DNA from: a virus
Taxonomy: Duplodnaviria > Heunggongvirae > Uroviricota > Caudoviricetes
Length of the DNA stretch: 12,847 nt
Strand: one strand, 5' to 3'
IMG/VR virus record: IMGVR_UViG_3300015157_000061
Location: 1-12,847 of that record
A model generated the notes under the pieces. The model did no database searches. It was not told the DNA's origin and was given only the letters and a program-made list of their open reading frames with translations. How positions within the stretch are numbered: the stretch's first letter is position 1; each line of letters begins with the position of its first letter. Of the stretch, positions 8,973-12,847 are shown one piece after another. The translations under genes and the position numbers were made by a program.

Positions 8973-10040
8973 ATGAGTCAACATCAATATTATCCACAGC
9001 TGAAATGGAAGCCTGCTGAATATGAATCTCTGATGCTTTTAGATCAAACTACGCTCTCTGGTTTTACTCCGATCATTACCATTCCAGACATAGACTGGGA
9101 TTATGAAAACGAATGCTACAAGAAGAGTTTGAGTTCTTACTTATCTGACTTCGGTATTAACCTTGCGGCATCCTGGAAAGCCAATCGTCCTGTTTTGCTG
9201 GATGTTAAATATTTAGATAAACATGGTTCGAGCCGCCATCATCCTCTAGATATGTGTATCCAAGATGCTAGAGTAAATGGTAAGGAAATTATCCCTGTTG
9301 TTTCTCCCGCATATTCAACAAACTATATACATGCTGTTCAACGCAACTTAATCAATGGGCTCGCTATATCTATCACCCCCCAGACATGGCACCAATTCAC
9401 AAGTCTGGTTAACCACTTAAATATTCATCCTAGTTTAATTGATGTAATCATTGATTTTGGAGATATTCAAAACGCAACTGATAGTTTAAAACAACAAGCA
9501 TTAAGCATGGTCAACACATTATCAGGCCAAGCTCCGTGGAGAAACTTGATTTTATCTTCAACCGCATACCCAGCATCACAGGCAGGGATACCGCAACATC
9601 AAGTTCATCATATTCCGCGCCATGAATACGATCTTTGGATGTACGTAGTACAGAATTTTAGCAATGGAAGAACGCCAAGTTTTAGTGATTATCCCACCGC
9701 TAGCTCTACCATTACGAGCGTAGACCCACGCTTCATGTCTCAGTATGTCTCAGTGAGATATTCGAACGATACCTCATGGATCTTTGTAAAAGGTACCGCA
9801 GTTAAAGGAAATGGATGGGGCCAAACTAAAAACTTATGTACTACCCTTGTTAGTTCGCCAGAGTATCAAGTCTTTGGTTCCAAATTTAGTTGGGGGGATG
9901 ATTACATTTACCAAAGATCATTAGGCGCTAACAAATCTGGCGGCTCTAAAGAATGGCGTAAAGTTGCACATACGCACCATATTACGTTAGTCGTGAGACA
10001 GCTTTATTGGTTGGCGCAGACTCAGCCTGCCAAGCCTTAA
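8973..10040 (+). CDS. Hypothetical 355-aa protein in an AT-rich cargo island; possibly Beta-protein / sce7725-like (unverified)
   Basis: Track ORF with a strong RBS (AAGGAG, 5-nt spacer) before ATG 8973, AT-rich composition unlike the flanking phage genes, and no recognisable catalytic motif. The family suggestion rests only on size and the N-terminal YYPQLKWKPAEYESL pattern, from memory. Confidence 0.75.
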   Translation: MSQHQYYPQLKWKPAEYESLMLLDQTTLSGFTPIITIPDIDWDYENECYKKSLSSYLSDFGINLAASWKANRPVLLDVKYLDKHGSSRHHPLDMCIQDARVNGKEIIPVVSPAYSTNYIHAVQRNLINGLAISITPQTWHQFTSLVNHLNIHPSLIDVIIDFGDIQNATDSLKQQALSMVNTLSGQAPWRNLILSSTAYPASQAGIPQHQVHHIPRHEYDLWMYVVQNFSNGRTPSFSDYPTASSTITSVDPRFMSQYVSVRYSNDTSWIFVKGTAVKGNGWGQTKNLCTTLVSSPEYQVFGSKFSWGDDYIYQRSLGANKSGGSKEWRKVAHTHHITLVVRQLYWLAQTQPAKP

Positions 10041-10602
10041 CTTTCCAGCCTACGCGTTTCTTTAAGGCTGTTCTGACTTCAAGCCTGAGATTCGCTATTG
10101 GAATATTTTCCGCAATAATATTCCATAACTCAAATCGGGGCTTGCTTTTGATTCCTTTGGAATAGCCCCATCGTTCAAGTACGTCGATACATTCATCTTT
10201 CCAAAGCAATTGAGCGAGCATCAATGTGTCATGGTTTCGATTAAGCTTTTCTCCACGCATGTGCTTTATAAGAATGGCGCCTTTTGGCCCAACAGAAACC
10301 GTTTTAACGCCCCACCAACCTGGGATTAACTTTAATGCTCCCTCAAGATGTTTCTCAGCTACGACAAGAGTAACCTTGTCCATTACAGAAGAATAATGCT
10401 TGATTTGAAGAGGCAAACGCTCCAAAGAGTCATATTCACTTTTGAGCTCGTACCCGTGTATAACACCATTTATTACAGCAATGTCTGCTCTACTGGCGCC
10501 AAGGGATATGGAAAATTCATCGACCACAAGGCAGTCTGGATCTAAATGCGATTCTTTCAAAAGCTTATGATGCACCGCGAACCTAACATCTTGATCTTTC
10601 AT
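9982..10602 (-). CDS. Hypothetical 206-aa protein with a PD-(D/E)xK nuclease-like motif; possibly sce7726-like (unverified)
   Basis: Track ORF with a strong RBS (AGGGAGTAAGGAG, 5-nt spacer) before ATG 10600-10602. Motif VVDE(29)F...RAD(40)IAVINGVIHGYE(52)LK(54) fits the E / D / ExK restriction-endonuclease-fold signature. Its 3' end overlaps the 355-aa gene by 59 bp, convergently. Confidence 0.75.
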   Translation of the reverse strand: MKDQDVRFAVHHKLLKESHLDPDCLVVDEFSISLGASRADIAVINGVIHGYELKSEYDSLERLPLQIKHYSSVMDKVTLVVAEKHLEGALKLIPGWWGVKTVSVGPKGAILIKHMRGEKLNRNHDTLMLAQLLWKDECIDVLERWGYSKGIKSKPRFELWNIIAENIPIANLRLEVRTALKKRVGWKVKAWQAESAPTNKAVSRLT

Positions 10603-10624
10603 GACTTCTCCTTACTCCCTCCGT

Positions 10625-10665
10625 TATTGAATTATAGCGCACTGCATTTTACTGCATTTGAGAGA
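10625..10665 (-). promoter_or_regulatory. Putative promoter/operator for the 206-aa gene: perfect TATAAT -10 plus tandem direct repeat
   Basis: Minus-strand TATAAT at 10636..10631, about 28 nt upstream of the ATG. Tandem ACTGCATTTT / ACTGCATTTG (10641-10660) occupies the -35 position; no canonical TTGACA. Confidence 0.35.
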
Positions 10666-10952
10666 TTTGACCACTTCAATCACAAAATGCTTATCTGCAG
10701 CAACAAGATTCATAGCCATACGACTATGGTGATTACCTTTTGTCTGGAAAACTGACCATTCCACGAAGATCAGATAGGTCTATAGAATCTTGGTTTGTCA
10801 TAGCGTTCGCCTTACTTTGAGATGAACCTTTGCTGCATAGGAGATCAGCCCGTCAAGGCTCACCAGCACTAACTGACTACTCAAAGGCTCATTCCAAAGG
10901 GTTTGGTTCGACGTGGTTGAGTGCACTGCGGTGCGCGGTGAAATACCTGTAC

Positions 10953-10982
10953 AAAAATGCCCCGCATCTGCGAGGCATTTTC
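10953..10982. terminator. Bidirectional rho-independent terminator-like hairpin downstream of Rz
   Basis: AAAAATGCC-C-CGC-ATCT-GCG-A-GGCATTTTC: GC-rich stem of about 11 bp with one mismatch, flanked by an A-run upstream and a T-run downstream. Confidence 0.55.
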
Positions 10983-11018
10983 CTGAAAGTCACGTATTAA
11001 ATTTCAGTGAAATTAAAA

Positions 11019-11456
11019 TTATTTTAAGCACTGCGTCCTGATGTACTCCTGCAGGTAGTTGACCTGCGCGGTTATCTTGTCGATTCCACTTCGGAGACGG
11101 TAATAATTGAGTTCAGCATCTGCTGTAAGTCTTGGGCTTTCTCCATTGCCCATGCCGCTGGCTCCGGTCGTTGACTTTGCACAGGTAGCGGCGACTTGCA
11201 GGCGCTTACGCCCAGCAGAAACATCAGCACGGAGGCTTTCGATAGTCGCGTTAGCATCAGCAAGCTCCTTTGTATATCTGGCATCGAGTTCTGCTACGTC
11301 ACGTTGACGCTTCTGCATATCAGCGATTGTGGATGTGGCTTTATCGCGCTGCTCTTTGTAGGTTATGGCGTTATCACGGTAATGATTCAGCCCCAGACTA
11401 AGCGCACCACAGGCCACCAGCAGGGCAATGATGACCACGCACAGTACGCGGTTCAT
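11019..11456 (-). CDS. Rz: Rz i-spanin (inner membrane spanin component)
   Basis: 145-aa ORF with an N-terminal TM segment and NHYRDNAITYKEQRDK...RQRDVAELDARYTKELADA...SPRL, closely matching remembered lambda Rz. GGTGG RBS precedes the start. Confidence 0.9.
   Translation of the reverse strand: MNRVLCVVIIALLVACGALSLGLNHYRDNAITYKEQRDKATSTIADMQKRQRDVAELDARYTKELADANATIESLRADVSAGRKRLQVAATCAKSTTGASGMGNGESPRLTADAELNYYRLRSGIDKITAQVNYLQEYIRTQCLK
11072..11257 (-). CDS. Rz1: Rz1 o-spanin lipoprotein, embedded in the +1 frame of Rz
   Basis: Embedded ORF MLTRLSKASVLMFLLGVSAC-KSPLPVQSQRPEPAAW...: signal peptide with lipobox (VSAC) followed by a Pro-rich stretch. The track ORF starts 9 codons upstream; the second Met is taken as the start. 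Confidence 0.7.
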   Translation of the reverse strand: MLTRLSKASVLMFLLGVSACKSPLPVQSQRPEPAAWAMEKAQDLQQMLNSIITVSEVESTR

Positions 11457-11457
11457 T

Positions 11458-11556
11458 TCACCACCAGCGTATCTGACCGATGAAATAACCGGAGGCCATA
11501 ATCACAAACACCAGCCAGATAAGAATGAACTTCCAGGTGGATAATTTTTCAGCCAT
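11458..11556 (-). CDS. Small single-TM ORF (32 aa from ATG; up to 57 aa from an upstream GTG) between R and Rz
   Basis: MAEKLSTWKFILIWLVFVIMASGYFIGQIRWW, with GGGAGA 8 nt upstream of the ATG. The stop TGA (11458-11460) lies 1 nt before the Rz start. Too short for the track. Confidence 0.35.
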   Translation of the reverse strand: MAEKLSTWKFILIWLVFVIMASGYFIGQIRWW

Positions 11557-11631
11557 CACTCGAATCTCCCGAATCAGTTTGCTAAAATCAAACACACTTT
11601 CTCCTTTGACTTTTCCGGAGTCAGGAAACAC

Positions 11632-11665
11632 AAAACCCCGCTTGGTGCCAACAAACGGGGTTTTT
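11632..11665. terminator. Hairpin with flanking A/T runs downstream of R (possible terminator or attenuator)
   Basis: AAAACCCCG (11632-11640) pairs with CGGGGTTTT (11656-11664) around a 15-nt loop, followed by TTTTTACTTTTATT on the plus strand. The large loop lowers confidence. Confidence 0.3.
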
Positions 11666-11754
11666 ACTTTTATTCACTTACGTTTCGCCACTTCGCAGGA
11701 TTTCATGTTATCCGCCCGCGTGGCCATGCCTTATTTTTCAGCAAAATATTCTGC

Positions 11755-12288
11755 TTATCTGTCAATTCCCCAGCACGCCAGCGCACTCTCCTGGTCGCGA
11801 CGGGATACCTGACCGTAACAGTTGTTTGAGCGAATACGGCAGTCTCTGCCACCGTCCTTAATCCACCAGCGAATCGCCTCACACGCTCCCCTGCGATCAC
11901 CTGCATTAATTCGTTTATAAAACGTCGACGGAAAACACTTACCGGGGCCAATGTTGTACGGACAGAATGACGCGATCCCCGCTTTCTGGGGTTCACTCAA
12001 TGGCACTCTGATGTTTTTCTCCACCCATGCCAGCGCCTTATCACGCTCAATGGCGTTAACCCGGTCGCATTTTTCCTTCGACAACTTCATGCCCGGAACG
12101 ACAGGTTTGCCATCCACCAGGATGGCACCGCGGCAGATGGTCCAGATACCCGCGCCATCACGGTATGCCGTGGTGTGGTTACCTTCCTTTTCATCCAGAA
12201 ACTGGTCGAGAATGTCAGGCGCAGGCGCACCAGCGGCAATCAGCGCCAGAACGGCAGCCGACAGGCCGTATCTGATTTTTGCGTTCAT
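11755..12288 (-). CDS. R: Phage endolysin (T4-type lysozyme fold; N-terminal SAR-like hydrophobic segment)
   Basis: 177-aa ORF. EGNHTTAYRDGAGIWT fits the E-x8-D-x5-T catalytic signature of phage lysozymes. The N-terminus (YGLSAAVLALIAAGAPA) is weakly hydrophobic and Gly/Ala-rich, as in SAR endolysins. No obvious SD sequence. Confidence 0.85.
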   Translation of the reverse strand: MNAKIRYGLSAAVLALIAAGAPAPDILDQFLDEKEGNHTTAYRDGAGIWTICRGAILVDGKPVVPGMKLSKEKCDRVNAIERDKALAWVEKNIRVPLSEPQKAGIASFCPYNIGPGKCFPSTFYKRINAGDRRGACEAIRWWIKDGGRDCRIRSNNCYGQVSRRDQESALACWGIDR

Positions 12289-12393
12289 GGATATTTATCA
12301 GGATTTATCGGTTTCTGAGCCCTGGATATGTTTATCAGTTCCAGCCTGTTGCCTCAGGCTGCTAACAGGTCAATACAATCATGAGGATTATTT

Positions 12394-12666
12394 ATGGACA
12401 ATAACACCATTTCTCTACAGGAGTTGCTCGACAGCATTTCCAGGCTTCGGGAAGACGTGAATACCCTTACCGTCGCCTTCTCATATCTGGCATTCTCAAT
12501 TCCAAGGGAACAGATGCAATCAACGCTGGCATCAATCCAGTTTGAATCATGCAATCCCAAATGGTCTCAGGAACAACAAGACTCTTTCAGGCGGCTTGCT
12601 GTATTACTGGATGAAAAATATGCTGGTAAAATTACCATTTCGGCGGACTCTTCAGAGAACCAGTAA
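12394..12666 (+). CDS. Hypothetical 90-aa protein, divergent from R
   Basis: Track ORF with RBS GAGGA 6 nt upstream of the ATG. Soluble, no TM segment. Function unknown. Confidence 0.45.
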   Translation: MDNNTISLQELLDSISRLREDVNTLTVAFSYLAFSIPREQMQSTLASIQFESCNPKWSQEQQDSFRRLAVLLDEKYAGKITISADSSENQ

Positions 12667-12847
12667 TTATTCCCGGTAGTTTTCCTCTGTAGGTTATCAA
12701 CACATCCTGCGCCTCTAAAATTACGGGGCGCTTTTCCGGCGACTGCTCATCCCCTTCACATAACCCGGCAGCAACATCCAGGAAGACCTGTCTGATGCTC
12801 CTTCTGGCTGCTGCCTCATAAAACTCCAGCGCGGCACCTTCAACACG
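12632..12847 (-). CDS. 3' end of an unidentified minus-strand gene (71 codons, 5' end outside the window)
   Basis: Open frame from the window edge to TAA at 12632-12634 (...VILEAQDVLITYRGKLPGIITGSLKSPPKW*). The other two frames are closed. It overlaps the 3' end of the 90-aa plus-strand ORF by 35 bp. Not holin-like. Confidence 0.3.
   Translation of the reverse strand, partial: RVEGAALEFYEAAARRSIRQVFLDVAAGLCEGDEQSPEKRPVILEAQDVLITYRGKLPGIITGSLKSPPKW

Noticed and set aside
10546-10755. Plus-strand 69-aa ORF
   Set aside because: Overlaps the 5' end and promoter region of the 206-aa gene in antisense; no RBS.
10741-10801. Minus-strand 22-codon mini-ORF (MTNQDSIDLSDLRGMVSFPDKR) with a weak AAGG upstream
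   Set aside because: Too short and too weakly supported to call; kept only as a possibility.
10999-11013. 15-bp palindrome AATTTCA-G-TGAAATT between the terminator hairpin and the Rz stop
   Set aside because: Short and in an AT-rich stretch where such palindromes arise by chance; it cannot form a stable hairpin with a 1-nt loop.
11107-11483. Plus-strand ORFs 11107-11307 and 11196-11483
   Set aside because: Antisense to Rz/Rz1, whose identity is well supported.
11525-11996. Plus-strand ORF 11525-11812 and minus-strand ORF 11703-11996
   Set aside because: They overlap the R coding region and the hairpin region in other frames or antisense; no RBS or recognisable features.
11951-12460. Plus-strand 169-aa ORF
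   Set aside because: Antisense to the endolysin gene R.
12354-12560. Minus-strand 68-aa ORF considered as a possible holin upstream of R
   Set aside because: Cys-rich with no hydrophobic TM segments and no RBS; antisense to the better-supported plus-strand 90-aa ORF.

Overview
This window is the late-gene end of a defective lambda-like (lambdoid) prophage, encoded almost entirely on the minus strand. All identifications rest on reading the translations against remembered phage lambda proteins; no database search was run. Reading the minus strand from high to low coordinates, the phage order is: endolysin R, a small membrane ORF, Rz/Rz1 spanins, a cargo island, the cos site (cosN identical to lambda's), terminase small subunit Nu1, a truncated terminase large subunit A, tail completion protein Z, a C-terminal fragment of tail tip protein J, Lom, an intact full-length side tail fiber Stf, and the start of Tfa. 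Two internal deletions (inside A up to just before Z, and from the end of Z into the middle of J) have removed essentially all head and tail-shaft genes, so the element cannot make virions but keeps cos and its Nu1-binding region. The most interesting feature is a visibly AT-rich island (about 8800-10800) sitting in the Rz-to-cos cargo slot where lambda carries bor. It holds two convergent genes with strong ribosome-binding sites whose 3' ends overlap by 59 bp: a 355-aa protein of unknown function and a 206-aa protein with a clear PD-(D/E)xK nuclease motif. I propose this pair as a candidate anti-phage defense or abortive-infection module, possibly related to the Beta-protein (sce7725-like) and sce7726-like families; that family assignment is from memory and needs an HMM search. 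No holin is found upstream of R. No rRNA, tRNA, CRISPR array, IS element or integrase was seen.
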